Assembly (NCBI GenBank): GCA_040357565.1
Contig: JBDODJ010000087.1
DNA length: 44,540 nt
Direction: 5' to 3' (one strand)
Source: Cercozoa sp. M6MM
Taxonomy: Eukaryota; Protista; Endomyxa: Ascetosporea
In this document: positions 18,296 through 32,114 of the stretch, piece by piece
How the letters are laid out: the number at the start of each line of letters is the position of its first letter
Position numbering within the stretch: position 1 is the stretch's first letter
Notes under the pieces: generated by a model
Seen by the model: the letters and a program-made list of their open reading frames with translations, nothing else
Databases searched by the model: none
What the model was told of the DNA's origin: nothing
Made by a program: the position numbers and the translations under genes

Positions 18296-20956
18296 ATGTC
18301 TGTGCAGGCAGAGGAACCTGTGTCTGTACAGTCTGTGCAATCCGGGCAGGACATAGTTGATCCTCCGCGCGGAGCCGAATTGACTGAGCAGCAACCGCGC
18401 AGACTGCGTCGCTCGCTCAGTTTCTTTGATGCCTTTTCTTTGGTGATTGGGGTACCTTCATTTCCTCTCTCTCCCCTCTCTACTTTCGACGCAGTATGCG
18501 TTGTTGCATCCTGACTCTCCTGATCTGGATGTAGTTGATCGTCGGTAGCGGCATTTTTGCTTCGCCAGGCGCTGTTTTGGAAAGCACACACAACGTCGGC
18601 CTTTCCTGTACCAATAATGCACACAATACTGCTTCTCCGTAAAGAAACTTAAGCTTTTTGTTCATTGCAGACGTGGCTTGGCTGCTGGCAGCGGTTGCAG
18701 CTTCTGCCTCAGCAGTGCACTATGCAGAGTTGAGTGCACTCTGGAACACCAGCGGATCCGACGCCTTCTTCTTGGGAGAGGTTTATTTTCGATAAGTTTA
18801 CTCCGGGACGATACTCAGTTGTTTGAGTTGTCTGTGCAGGTGTTTGGCGAGTCCTGGTCGTTTGCGGTCGCATTGACGGCTCTAACGGTCACCATGTCGG
18901 GCTCATGTGCCATCGTGGCGATTGTGTTTGGAAACTACACTGCGCATGCACTCTTCGGTGCCTCGGTATTGTTCTCTTGATGATGGATACCCACTTGTGC
19001 ACTCGCTACCGTTTGTTACTCTGCATCGATTCCAGCTGGACGAAACATCGGCCGTATACTCCAAGTCGCTGGCGGTGGCCTCAATGCTCGCTGTGACTGT
19101 CCTTCAAACCAAAGGCGCGCACGAAGGTAAACTTATGCTTTCGCGAATAGGACAACGCAATGACATATTTAACTTGTCCCACAGGAGCGGTTGCACAGAA
19201 GATCTTTCTGATCGCAAAGTTTGTCGCAGCTGGTATCGTTGTGTGTGGTGGTTTCTACTACGCCGGCTTCGTCGACTCTTCTATCGCTTCGGTACATTTA
19301 TCATTTGTGGATCTGCGATTAGTGTAGAACTTACTGCGCAGAGCAACTTTAGTGACTTTTTCTCGACGCGACAAGACATGGGCAATGGCGACACCAACGC
19401 CGCGGCCGGATTTGGCGTTGCTTTTGTCGCCGCCATGTGGGCCGTATCTTTGCATTTCATTTCTTTTTCTTTGGAATTTGAGGTGTTCATGAGGTCGATC
19501 TGAATAGTACGATGGCTATCAAGCCATTGGAGTGATGGGCAAGGAAATGAGGAATCCAAGGAGGGTGCTTACGTTTGTAGACAAGTAGTGTCGACAGCAA
19601 TGCGCTTGTATGTGTGTGTTTCTGTGTGGCAGGACCTCCCATTGGTGGTATCAGCAGGCATGCCGGTGGTGGCTTTGTTGTACATTCTCGTGAATGCTGG
19701 CCTGCTGATGGTGCTGCCTGCACGCAAGGGTAGTTTGTTTTCGAAGTTTGTGGTATCACAGGGTGGAGATAGTCAAGTTTGGAGTGTGCTGCAGTGGCCA
19801 CATCGACGGCAGTGGCCGTGGATGCCTTGCAAAAAGTTGCAGGCGACTTTGGTGGCACTTTGGCTGCCATCTGTGTTGCTATCGTACCTTTGAACTTGTG
19901 TAGTTTTGTGTTTGCTGTTATGCGCTATGAACAGGCCGCGCTGGGCTCTCTCAACGGCTCCGTGTTCACAACGTCGCGTATCGTGCACTGGGCAGCACAG
20001 AAGTCGCTGCTGCCGCTGCCTGTTGCGCGGTGTAGCAATGCTTCAAGAGTGCTTGCTGGACTGAATCAAGGTAAGTTCAGCTCAAAGGCGATAACAGCTA
20101 GGCCATTCATTGATGCAGCTAGTGCACCTCGTAACGTGCTGTGGCTCGTGTTCCTCGTGGCCACGGTTCTCTGTTTGAGCGGCGATTTCTCGTCTCTGCT
20201 CGACTACTTTGCCGCCGCTCAGTGGTGCAGCACCGCTGTCGCTCTGCCTTTCTTTTATCAGTCTTGACCGACCAAGATTGTATGTTTGTGTAGGGTCTTC
20301 CAAGCTATGGTGGCAGTCGCCGTGTTGAAGATGCGAAGAGTACGCCCACTAGCTTCTAGGTATATTAAAATGATTTTGTTTCCCTTCAATTGAACAACGG
20401 TATTGAATTGCATTGTATCCACAGGGGGGACGCCTACTCGGTCAAGTACGTCGCACTGACGGCGACTATTGTGATTGGGGTGGCTGTCTTTGTTCTCGTC
20501 AGTGAGTGCATTGAGGACATCCGAGTGGTAAATCATTACCCCCCCCCCCCACCTGAAACTGCGCCTGTCAAAGATGTACCGAACTGTTGTTTCTCTCTTT
20601 CGCAGGCAGCTGCTTCGACAGGAGTCATTGCGAGTGGACTCATCATCTATGTGCTGTGCAAGCGTACCATTGATGTTATTCTCTCATATTTTACAGCTCC
20701 CATTGTTCTTACAGGAACACAAGGTCAAACAACAACGGCATACGCCGATCTACGAGATATCGACGATGATGTCAGGGAGGTAAACTTACAGTCGCCTGCG
20801 CGCTTTCTTTCTTTGCTCGCTTGTGATCGTGGAGGGGTATTTCGCCAGGTGGAACTCGAACTGCACGAAAGCGATATGGAGCAAATCCCAGATGAGTGCT
20901 TCCGCATTGAGCTCGACCTGGAGCTTGAACAAACGGACTCAACATCGACGATCTGA
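18296..20956 (+). CDS. APC-superfamily amino-acid permease (LAT/SLC7-like)
   Basis: LRRSLSFFDAFSLVIG|LIVGSGIFASPG, HYAELSA, AAMWA|YDGY..MGKEMRNPRR|DLP, ALGSLNGSVFTTSR, DFSSLLDYF; many hydrophobic segments. Confidence 0.92.
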
Positions 20957-21351
20957 GCAAGACCGCCAATCAAACGGATCGATGACTGGACTGCCTGCCG
21001 TGCTGCATAATATGTTACAAAGAGACGAGCCGCGACGAGAGGGAGCTCGAGATTGCACATGTACAGTAAAGTTAGCCCCAAGTATCGTCGCGTATATTTA
21101 AGCGAAGTAACACATCATGACGTGGCTGGCTGTTACATGCCATGTGATGCTGATGTTCGCAGCGATGCCGCGGTGCTTCAGCTTTCAGCGCAGCTAAGAT
21201 TTTTCGAGTTTGCCATTTTTGTCCGCTTGAAAAAAACCAGAGAATTGTTCGTGCTTTGCGACTTTAGCGGAGCTGTGACTCTGTGAGAGCGATAGATCTA
21301 CTAGCACTGGAAGCAGCTGAACCCTTGTGTCAGTTTACTCAGGCACTCGGA

Positions 21352-24300
21352 ATGCCGAGCGAGTGTAAATCGACCAAATTCAAGCGAGTCGAAATCTCGA
21401 GGAAGAAACCGTTGAAGTCGCTTCATGCCCTGAGTGACGGTGTGCGCTTCGCTTTCGTCGCTTTAGGAGTTTCCGGTACCTTCATCTCTTGCTTTTGGAC
21501 CTACGTAGCATCGAATAAACTGTGGTTTTGCAGGAAAACTCGGCGAGCGACGAGTGGTGCCGCTGCTTCGCGACGGAAATGCACCAAAAGCAGCGAAAAG
21601 CAAAAGACTCGCCCAGGAAGCAGTTCTGCGTGAATTGTGTGCTCAATCAGCGCGCTTTTTCGACGTTTCTGTCTCTCGAAACAGTCGTTTCATCGTACTA
21701 CTGAGCGAAAGCTGCGAACTTCTAATCGTGTGCGATGTTGCGAACGACAGGGTGCACAAATACTATCTCGACGCGTTGGCGCGACCTCCCGCTGCGCATC
21801 TGTGCGAGATACTGTCGCTCACAGTGTCTAACGATGGCACACGCGTGGCCTTAGTTTTCAAAGGCATCGCAACTGGGATGAAGTGCTTTCAGTTGCGTGC
21901 GACTTCCGAAACAGTTCTTGAAGTTGACGAGCTGACGCATCACTTTGCTTCGCTCTTCCGTGACCTCGAACTGTGCACACTCAGTGTTTTCTTCACGCAA
22001 TACGAGTCGCAGTTCGCGCTGTCTTTGTTTTTGGTCGGTGCGAGCGGCCAGTTGACACTTGCGGTGCTGGACGATCGGGACACCGAGGAAGCCAGTGTGC
22101 TGCAAGGCGGCTTCTCCGACGATCTTGAAGTCGACCTCAACAGCGTGCATGTTGCCATCTGGGCAAACAACAGTGAACGTGTCTTATTCGCAATAGCTAC
22201 GAAAAAACACGTCTTTCTTGCTGTACATTCGATTTTGAGTTGCTTTCAGTTGTTTTATGCAGTCTGATTGTCTTTGCTCCCACCTGCAGATACCGCACGA
22301 GAGCGAACTGCTCTTGGTGTCGAGTGGAATTTCGCGCATCCTACAACACCAAAACAACAGTGAAAACGACGTCGTGTGGACAGCAACGACAGCGTCCTTC
22401 ACAGACTGTGCTTTCTCGGCAACAGGCGACGCCTTGTTTCTGCGAGTGTCGCAGGAACCAGGAGCCAGTCGTCTCTCTGTCAATTCGCTAACACGTTCGG
22501 AGCAGTACGGTGACTTGGTCTTTGTGTGCACGCGTGCTTTGTCGGTGATTTCGTGTCACTCGCTTCCCTGTGGCCCCACTGGTTCTGTTGAAAGCAAAGC
22601 GAAGCAGTCTTGGCCAGACACTGTATCTCAAAGCAGTCTCGTGGTCTCTCACGACACATTGGTGGCTTTGGACAGTGCCTTTAAGCCAACGCGGTACATT
22701 GTCGTTGCGAACTGTGCCAAAGCAACAAAGTCGAGTGTGCTGGAACTGCTCAACTCGAATCTGTCAAAAGAACTCACTTCTGCCGAGCGCCGCTTCCTCG
22801 CTGTCACCGAGTCTCGAGAGAAACAACGTCTCTTCCAGTCGCTTCCCGACTTCTCGCGCTGGCTTAGTGAGCCTTCTGAACCTCAAAGAAGAAGTCACGA
22901 TGCCCTAATCGACAGTGTTGCGGCCAAGCTAGACGAACTGCAGCTTGCGAAACTGCCACAAACGGCAACAGTCCCCAAAGATACGGCTGTGCAAGTCGAG
23001 ATCGAAGAGACGAAAGTGGAAACTGAAGAAGCAAGCGAAGCAGAAGAAACACAGATCGCCGAGGTCAAAACAGCTGAAACAAGAGAGACTGATCTTGCAG
23101 AAGAGCTTAGAGCAGCTGCAAAACGACAACTTGAAGCAGAAAAACCAAGCGAAAACGCCAGATCTTCGTCCAACGCAGAGGTGACTGAAGCGGAAGACAC
23201 AAAGGAAACCGTTTCACGGCAGTCATTGTTGCCACATGAGGTCCTCGAGATGCTGTCGAAAGCTGATGTTCTTGCGATCTGCAGATATGCGGATACGCAC
23301 GCAGAGTTCTCACTGTCGCTGCTTCGCCTCTGCGTAGCACTGTCGCTCGATGCGTTTGTTCCGACGGACGATGCTGGCACTTTAAGACTCGAAGTGACGA
23401 CGCCGCAACAGTTGTGGTGCCTCGAATCCGACAAACTTGAGCTGTTCGAATCGCCGCACGCAGCTTTGCGATTCTACGAGCGAATCAGCGAAACTGCTTC
23501 GCCTCTGCGGACAAGTTGCGCCGTCACTCGCGAAATCTCACTCGCACTCGCGAAGCACGAAAGCAACGAAAGTCGTTTCTTACTTCGACAGCTGGCTCGG
23601 CGTGCTTCTGCGCAGTGTCGCCATCTGTTGCAGCACAAGGCAAAGTTTGAGAGCGAGCTCGAAGAACTGCTGACACTTGTTGCTGCTGTCGAATTGCATT
23701 TGTTTCGCACTTCTTCTGCACCGCGCAGTGGTATTTTCACACAGGGAGCTTTCTGTAGATAGTACTAAGTGAAAGATTCGAGCAGAGAAAGGTCGTCTTT
23801 CGTGGAGTTCACTGCGAGCTCATTTCGAACTGCTGCTTCACGATGCGTTCGAGTGCTCCCGTGCGGTACAGCTCGTGTGCTGCTCACTTTTCGATGTTGC
23901 GTGTGTCTCGCCGAGTCTGCGACGTCGCGTGCAAGCGCTGCTTCGGCAAAGCTTTGTTCAGTTTCTGCCGCGCGTCTGCGAGGAGCACACTGCTCCTCCG
24001 CGAATCGAGTCGAATGAACAGCGACTTGATTCGAACTTTGTTCACTTGCTCGCTTTGGGAACTGCAGTTGGACTGAGCGACCTGCATCAAGTGATCGAAG
24101 AGTTCGCTTTGTGTTGTGACTTTGCCACGCGAGTCGGAAGGTGCGAACGTCAGCGCAATCGACGCGAAGTGGCGAAAGCCGCGGTGCTGGCGCTCCAGTC
24201 GCTTCTCGCGATTGCGAAACTTCGCGCGGAAGCGATGGAGTCGAGTCGTCCGCTTCGAAAACGCTTGCTTGACTTTATTGCGACCACCAGAACTGGCGAC

Positions 24301-26585
24301 TCCACGCAGAAGCGACTTGCTTCCAATGCAGAGTTCGTGCGACACTTGCGCACTTGGCTCGAAAGCGACGACGCTTTGTTGAACGAAGTGCACACGCGAG
24401 AATCCACCCATCAGATCAAGCTCTTTTTCGGAGCCGAACTGGCGCAATGCGAACTGCTTCGCGAAAGCGAAAGTTCTCGCCTGTCGCACGAACTGAATCG
24501 CGTGATCCAAGGTGCGTTCTGCCGAAATGTGGCGAAACAAGCGCATCGCGAAGCTACAACTTTTCGAAACCGTCAACCAGCGAATACGTTGTGGTTGTTG
24601 CTGACTCAGTTGGCTTCAAAACAATCAGTTCCATCGAATGCGAACTTGAACTACAGTTTGCAGACAACTTGTGTTTCTATCGGTACGAAAGTTCATCAAA
24701 TCGTGTGATAAATTGTGGATCTTCCGGCCCGTAACTTAGACGATAACGCTCCAGCTGAGGTTGAGTCAGAGCTATCGGAACTTGAGTCAGTTGCTTCGTC
24801 GTCTTCATCCGCTCCTTCACTCGCTGAACTGGAGCAAATGTACGGCGAACTCGAGTCGGATCTCGCGTCGCTTTCGCTCTCGGCGCACTCGATCGACATC
24901 GAGTTCGAGTCGAATGCGGGTGCTTCTCCGACGAAAGAGCAGTTGGAATTGACGTTGAAACTCAAACCGAAACTCGAGTTGAAACCTAGCGTCCGATTGG
25001 CGCCTTTGCGAAGCGAAATGGGTCGCTTGCAACTCAGCTCGCTCAATCGCAAACGAATCTGGTCGCAGAAACCACTGGAGCTCGTTGCTCCAACGATACG
25101 AACACGGACAGTGCCTCGCCCTAGCGGTCATTTGTGGACCGAAGATATCGAAGCTGTAGGAGAAACGGCGGGTGTTGCCCACTCTCAACAGCACCGACCG
25201 CTACTTTTGCTGAACGGCGTAGAAGTGCAGCAGCGACACGAAACGCTCAAACCAGCGAAAAAGCAAATGCCGCGCAGCTTGGAGCCACTCATGCTGCTGA
25301 AACCAGTACGTTCGACTGCGACGCAGTGCGACGTCGAAGTCGACACGTCAAAGCCCAAAGTGCTTGTGCAAGAAACTGCGATGGTACCGGAAAAGCCCAA
25401 AGCAACGACGCAGATTCGAAAAGTGACACCGCGATTCACGCAGAGCAAAGCGCTACTGCACGAAAATCTCCGCCGTTACCGCCAGCGCAAGTTCTCGGTG
25501 CCGACTCCTCTGTTTCGTCGAGTCAGTACGCGGCCACTCGTTGCGCCTTTTCTGGCTGCCACTTCGCCAGTGTCGAGTCCTGCCAAACCACCCTTAAGGA
25601 AAGCTGCGCCTTCAACACAGTTGATCCAAGCAGTTCCTGAGTCACCAACAAAAGCAACGACACCTCCGAAGCAAGAGCAAAGTACTCCACGGTCACGAAG
25701 CAGTTCAACAGCTCCAGTGCTGCAGAGCAGAATTCATCCCAAGAAGCGACCAAAGCCAATCAGTGTCAGTGACGTCGACAACGAGAGCATCGACAGTATG
25801 CTGAGTAAAGTGGAAGAACTGTCCTACCGACTTGACCGACGACTGACCGAGGTGGGCATTCCTCCCGCCGCTGCCGAACAAAAAGCCTTTCCACGCCAAC
25901 GAGTCCAATCGCCCAGTGTGCTCAAGTCGGAACTGCCGCCTTCTCCACCGCCTCGCATACGCGAATTCGACTCCGTGACCGAGAGTCAAGAGAGTCTGAG
26001 CGATCGCAGCACTCACATCGACTACGTTGTGCACGAACTGGCGCACGAAGATGACGAAAGCAAGCAGTTCCACTCCACTCTGGTAAGCTCAAATCACTTC
26101 CTGTGTACAAACTGACAGGGCACTCAACTAAGTTTGAGCGGACTGTGCAGGATGATATCGAAGAGAGACTCACGGCGAGCTTGATCGCTCTCTCGCAGCG
26201 ACCGAATTCGCCCAAAGCTGTGCGTCGAAGGGCGTCGCAACAGCTCTCGGTCCTGCGCTCTCCCAGGAGGCAATCGTCTAGCCAACCAAGCAACCTCCAT
26301 GCCTCGCTTTCCAACCGACTGCACCTTGTGAAAAAACGGTACTTGCATTCAAACCATTGCATCGTCGATAGTTCTTAAACGGTATTGAGGTTTAGAGTGC
26401 GAGCCAGGTCGCCGCAGCCGCCACCAAGACCGATCGTGACGCCAGCGGAACGATTGCACACGGCTCAGAGCGTCCTCGACGACATTGCCGAGGAGCTCAG
26501 TGTCTCGGAGTACTCCATTACGTCGAGTCGAGCACGAGGAATGAACGAACGCCTTGAGTCTGGTATTACGAAAGCCATGGCGTAG
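21352..26585 (+). CDS. Large (~1600 aa) protein; N-terminal beta-propeller-like region resembling CPLANE1/JBTS17 (C5orf42), helical middle, disordered Pro/Ser C-terminus
   Basis: Seven large exons joined in phase by 6 GT-AG introns. ISRKKPLKSLHAL / VSVSRNSRFIVLLSESCELL / LSLTVSNDGTRVALV recall the order and spacing of CPLANE1 N-terminal segments (by-eye recall, unverified). Confidence 0.6.
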
Positions 26586-26865
26586 CTGTAAAATTTTTAT
26601 CTTACTGTCTAAATTACTCCGGGGTATCACGTCAGTAAAATATGCGAATCTGCCTGGTCGATCCGGCGACGCGTCTTTGTTGTGGTACACCTTGATACAC
26701 ACACCGTCGCGACACGCGCGGCCTCGTGTTCTTCAACTACTTCATTGAGGCGTCAGTTCTGTACCATATCTTTTGTAATTATTTCAGTCTCTCCAAGTCT
26801 AATATTAAAAATTGACCATGTGCCTCATGACCGGTGGTGTGGTCATGTAGCAACTAATGATAGTT

Positions 26866-29800
26866 TCAATGCCCGGCATGATGGTGAGTGCGCACGGAGG
26901 CGCACCACTCGGCATTCCACAAGTGGAAGCGATTGTTGAGTATGCGTGCTACGAGCGACTTACTCATGAAGGCCTCCTCGTCGGAGTGCACTGCGGCGCC
27001 ACCTTCCTCCAGCGCGTCCTGCAGGTCGCTGATTTGCGTTGCTAACTCGCAGACGCTGCCGAGTGCCTGCTCGGCCCACTGTCGAACGAGGCCGTCGTGG
27101 TCGCGTGCGAGGTCGAGTACCTTGGCCGCCAGTCCGTCGTCCAGAAAGATGAGCACGGCCAGTCGGTGTGCGGCACGTCGCGTCGTCTCGGCTTGCTCAG
27201 AGGCATGAGAGCGATGCTGAGCGACGCTGTTGTCCTGCGCAATGTAGGCCAGCACGCCGCCGCTTTCGCCGAAGTCGTCGGTCGATTCGACACTGTCGTC
27301 GTTGAGCTGCTCCTCGATGCTGGCGCTGCACGAGTCGGCCAGCACGGCGAGCCACTCGAGCGCCTGCGTCACCACGGCATCGTCTTCGTCGCGTGTGCGC
27401 AACACCTCGCTCAGTAAGCTTAGACTCGGCGACGATGCCAGGAAACGCAGTGCGCACGGTGCAACACTCAGCGAGGTCAGCACTCCGAGTGCAGGCAGCA
27501 GCAAGTCGTCCTCGGTGACTGCGGCCGAGATCCGTGCCATCAGAAACTACACTTGCGTTGCAGTAAGTTTATAGTGCTTTGACCTTTCATACTGCAGGAA
27601 AAGCCGGAGTGGTACCTCAACAAAGTTAGAACGTTGCAGCACCTTGTCCGAACTTTCGCAGGTTTCGAAAGGACAGGCCGCGAGTAGCCACAACAGTCGG
27701 GTCGACAGGTGGAGTGCGTGCGATACCTGAGACTCGGTGGGTCCGTCGTAGCTGGTACTGGTGTCTTGCGTGGCGACGTCCAGGAAGCGCTGCGTCATGG
27801 CCACGAGGTCGCGCAGTGTCGTCGTCGATACCACCTCAGCTGCGACCGGACGCGAGCGTGCCAGTGCTACCAGCAACTCGGCCAGCAGAGGGTCTGGACT
27901 GCGCATGCGTATCAAAGTGGCAGTCAGCGCGTGCACATCCTGGCCGTCGAAGATCACTTGTGACACCTGTTTCTCCTGGCACAAGTTGATGCATAGTGCC
28001 GCCGCCATTCGCCAAGACGCATGCGTTGTATCTACAGTCAGTTTATAGGACTGTGTAGTACCACAAAACAAAGGAGTCTACCCAGTAGAATAGAGCGAAG
28101 AGTGTCCCAGGCACTGCACTCGGCTGCTTTGTGTCGATTCATGGCGGGCAGCACGACGTGTGCCAACAGTTGTCGGTTGCGCAGCACTCGAGTCGAGTTG
28201 TACAACAACTGGAGTGCAGCGGCCACTACGCGAACATCGCTATCGGAGTGGCACCTGCGAGTAAGACACCATGCTGCCTCTAGCACAGGGACACTCTGGA
28301 TATGGCTGCGTGCCGTGCTCGAGATCCAGTTGAGCGACGCCGTTGTTTCGTAGAGTTGCCTGGCATTGAAAGCAACGGCATCATCGTGCGCGAGTGCTTC
28401 AAGTCGCTGCAAAGTGTGCTGACTCGCACCGTTCAACAAAGCTTCGTCTTCATGCATCACACGCGGTCCCGTCGAGAACGAGATACTGGCCAGAAAACTC
28501 AGCGCCGAGAAGAACAACTCGCGATTCGACGTGCCGCACAGTGCGAAGGCTGCTTCCGGCACCTTGTGCTTCCGGAAGTCGATCAGGTTGTCGCCAAACA
28601 CGGCGAGCTTCCGGAAGAAGGCGAGCACGAGGCACTGCAACTCTTCCAGCAGACACCGTTCGTGCGGGTTTGTTCGACGCAGCACATGCGCCAGGAACTT
28701 GACGAGTTTGCGGCGACACATTTTCACTTCAAGGTGAATGTCCTCGGCCAGGTGGTACAGAATGTAACAGCACGAGTACAGCTTTCGCTCTTGTCGCAGG
28801 AACCACTGCAACGACGGACATCTCACTGGCGTCACTGCTTCTCTCTGGGAGTCTGTGTGTGCATTCATTTATCAACACACAGTAGGCACAGAAGCAAACA
28901 GTCCCTCCCTACCTGCAGCACGCAGAACGTTGGCAACGACGCCTGTTTCAGACGACGCACCTGCAAATTGAGCGCGGTACTTTTTTACTTCGGCTGCAAT
29001 GGCTCTCAGGCAGGCGTCGCCAAGTTTAGAGTCCACCAGAATCGAGTGCAGTTGAGAGAAGTTACTGATGCACAGAAAGATCTCGAAGATGTTGTTCGTG
29101 ATATCCGATGCCAGGCCGCCTTTGCCACGATCCTCTTGGAGAATACGAGTCAAGGCGCCAATTAGAGTGGCGTTGTCGATCACATAACGAATATCGTGAT
29201 CGTTCTTTGCCAGTTGCAACAGACAACCCGTCGCTTGCAGTTGCTTTTGCTGATCGTCTTCATAAAGCATCTCAAGGTAGTCCGGGATTTCTCGAACTTT
29301 CGGATTGAGGTGTTGCGACTGGTCGGATCGAAACACATGCTCGAGTCTTTTCATGCGACGCGAAGAAAACGCATCTTCGTTTGCGTCGAGTCGGAAACGA
29401 GGACTTCCTGCGTCCCAGTGTTCGCGCAGGTTTTCGAGTGAACTGGACAGCTTCAAGCCAGCTTGTTCCTGTGATTCTTCTGAAGTGGCTTCGGAGGTCG
29501 TTGTTTCCTCCGAGTAGTTTTCGAAACGGATATCGGCGCGGTCGGTAGGTATTCGAGCAACAATCGACTCCTCTTCTGACACAGCGGAGCTTGCGCAGCT
29601 CATCGAAAGTTGAGAGGCTGCCCTTCGCCTCCTGCGGGCAGACACTGCAGCTTGTTCCTCACCCTGCCTTCGAATAGTTACAGAAGGCGGGACATTTAAA
29701 CGACTCATGCTTTCTTCTACAGTATATCTGTGTGTGCTTTGAAGTCAAGCAGACAAACAAATGTACCTTTGGGAAGTGAACTTTGGGAAGCATTGCTTCG

Positions 29801-30427
29801 GGATGGACTGCTTTTAGAACCTTCTTCGTCTCTCGCCAGCGACGATATCTCTTGCAACAACTGGTCGATTTTCTCCTCGCGCTGCTGCCCTTCGGTGCTT
29901 TCTTCTTGTTCGATATGTTCGCTTTCGGCCGACTTCAGAGCGCTGCGAGCAGTTTCAATCTGCCTTGTTACTTGCGTTGGCTCGTCTGGCAGTTCGGTCA
30001 CAGTAGCTCTCTGTTCTTCTTCTGTAGAATGAGAAACAAGAGGCGCAGAAACACGCAGTTTGGAATCCGAGGCTTCCGGGAATGTCGCTTCGCCAATGCT
30101 AGCTTCGCTTTCGTCAGCATGCGGTACTTCCTGTTTGGTTTTTTCGAAGAGTTCGCGCTTCAGAATCCGTAACGCTTTCTGCACACGATTGCTCCATGCG
30201 TCGGGAATATACTTACACGAAGCGATCACTTGCTTGCTGATTTTCACAATGTCGCTGGACTCGCGGAAACGACTGAGTTTGAGTCGCTTCGTTCCGGGTT
30301 GTCGTTCGAGTTCCTCGCCAGCCTCGTTGAAAACCACGGTCGCATAACTGACGACCAGAGCTGGGATTTCGCGGTCGGTCAAATCCACACTCAGCTTGAG
30401 CGGCTTTACTTTCTTCCTGCCATCCAT
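26866..30427 (-). CDS. KIFAP3: Kinesin-associated protein 3 (KAP3/KIFAP3/FLA3), heterotrimeric kinesin-II subunit
   Basis: KKVKP..PALVVSY..KRLKLSRF..VIASCKYIP (N-domain); IPDYLEMLYED..LLQLAKN..NATLIGALTRILQED..ITNNIFEIFLCISNFSQLHSIL; CYILYHLAEDIHLEVKM; FFRKLAVFGDN; four in-phase GT-AG introns. Confidence 0.9.
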
Positions 30428-31137
30428 TTCCTGTATAACACAGCCAGAGGCCTACAAGTAAGTCCTCTGCAGCTGCGGATGCTGGGTGAGACACAGAGAC
30501 ATTTTGGTATTTCTCCCGGGCGAGTGCGTTTCACCCCAGTGGCAAGCAAGTTAGGGAGATTTTCGTCAGTTGGGCTCTGTTTGAATTTTCTTTCAGTATG
30601 GCTGGTTAAAGGATATCAGGGGGAGTCCTTACTAAGGTCAATCTAGCTGAAGCCCGATCTTCCCCTCAGTAACTTTGATAGGGTTTCTCCCCGCCCCGTT
30701 TCTCGAAGGCACATTAAGAAACGCCGCCTGATCGGGCGTTCGGATGCATTCACGGCACGGTAGTAGTTACGACGTAGGTGTATGCGTGCTCGTAATCGTA
30801 TTGTGACCTTTTGATGAAGAGCTCGGGATACTAACAAACTTAACGACAGATTCCTCGTTCCGTTAACAGCAATATCGATGCCTCGTCGAACCAAGTATAG
30901 CGTAAAGCTGCTGACAGCAACGACAAGCGCGACGTTGACCTCTCTGCGTCCAACGAGCCAAAAGTTGCCTCTGGTTAGATTACTTTTTGTTTCATATTTA
31001 AGTTTAAATTCGCATAAAATTTATGCTGTGCTTGGCAGTTAAAGAGAACGTCAATACCCCGACCGGTATCGCGTCGTTCAAGTGACACACCCCGACTGCC
31101 TTTATGCGCCTCCACGACTGTTCCGGTCGCAGGTGAA

Positions 31138-31942
31138 ATGACCTCGAGCGAACTGCTTCCTCCAAAAGAAGCAACACGAAAGGCTGTCGAAAGAATCGTC
31201 ACATTTCGGCAAAAACAGGAGCGTCGCGAGCGTGCCCTTGAGTTGCCCGCGTACACGCCATCGCAACTCGCCGAGATACGTGCCCGAGTTCAAGAGTCGC
31301 GGCGTCGCTCACTGCAGCGAGTGCGCAACAAGCGCTCGCAAATCAAACGCGAACAGAGCGCTCTTCGTTTTGCTGCCGATTCTGTGGTACAGACAAGTCC
31401 ATTCGTTTTTTTTAAACTGTATTTCACTGCAGCAAAAGCGCATTGCTGACACCATTGAAGCCCAAAGGAAGATCGCCGAGCGAAGCGCTAAGTTAGCGAA
31501 ACTCGCTGCAAGCAATGCGAATTCTACAGAGGACGAAGAAAATGAAAAACAGACTCAAGGTTCGACTGGACTGCCTTCAATCAACAGCAACAATAGCAGC
31601 AACAAGCGAAAACTAGTACCAGTGAAAGCAAGCACCGCAGCACTGGCCAGCAGCCCGTCTCGGCAGAGAAGACTCAACAGAGTGTCGACAAGGCGGAACT
31701 TCGCGGACTCAACGCTGGCAAAAGAGTCCGCACACTCCATTCGGCAACAGCAAAAGGCAGAGGAAGCGAGGTATATTGAGTTCGCTCGCGAGGTCAATGG
31801 TAAAGCTCAAATACGGCAAGAATTAATGCGGGGTCAGTCAACTCGATGGCGTGCAATTGTCAATATTAGATGTCTTTCGCGCAATCGACGCTGTGCTGTT
31901 CCAGGCGCATTTACAACACCTCGTCGCTTTGAAGGTCATTGA
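31138..31942 (+). CDS. Hypothetical basic coiled-coil protein
   Basis: Two long Arg/Glu/Gln-rich exons joined in frame by GTACAG..GCAG (about 31387-31432). The last exon is ambiguous (stop at 31942 or 31961). Confidence 0.6.
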
Positions 31943-32114
31943 TGAACCGCATGTGAAGTAGCACACTCGAACAATTCTCGCCGCTCAAGTTTCTTTCCCC
32001 TCGTTTCTCCAATACACAATACCGGCAGTTTACTGGCGAACACAAACTGCAGAAACCGCCTTAGTTACCGTCTAAGCTACTTGAGTGTATTTAGTTCTAT
32101 TGTGGCAGTGGTCG

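Noticed and set aside
22895-30646. Long antisense ORFs (e.g. 23884-24576 -, 28302-29165 +)
   Set aside because: Shadows of long GC-balanced coding exons, with no recognisable motifs.
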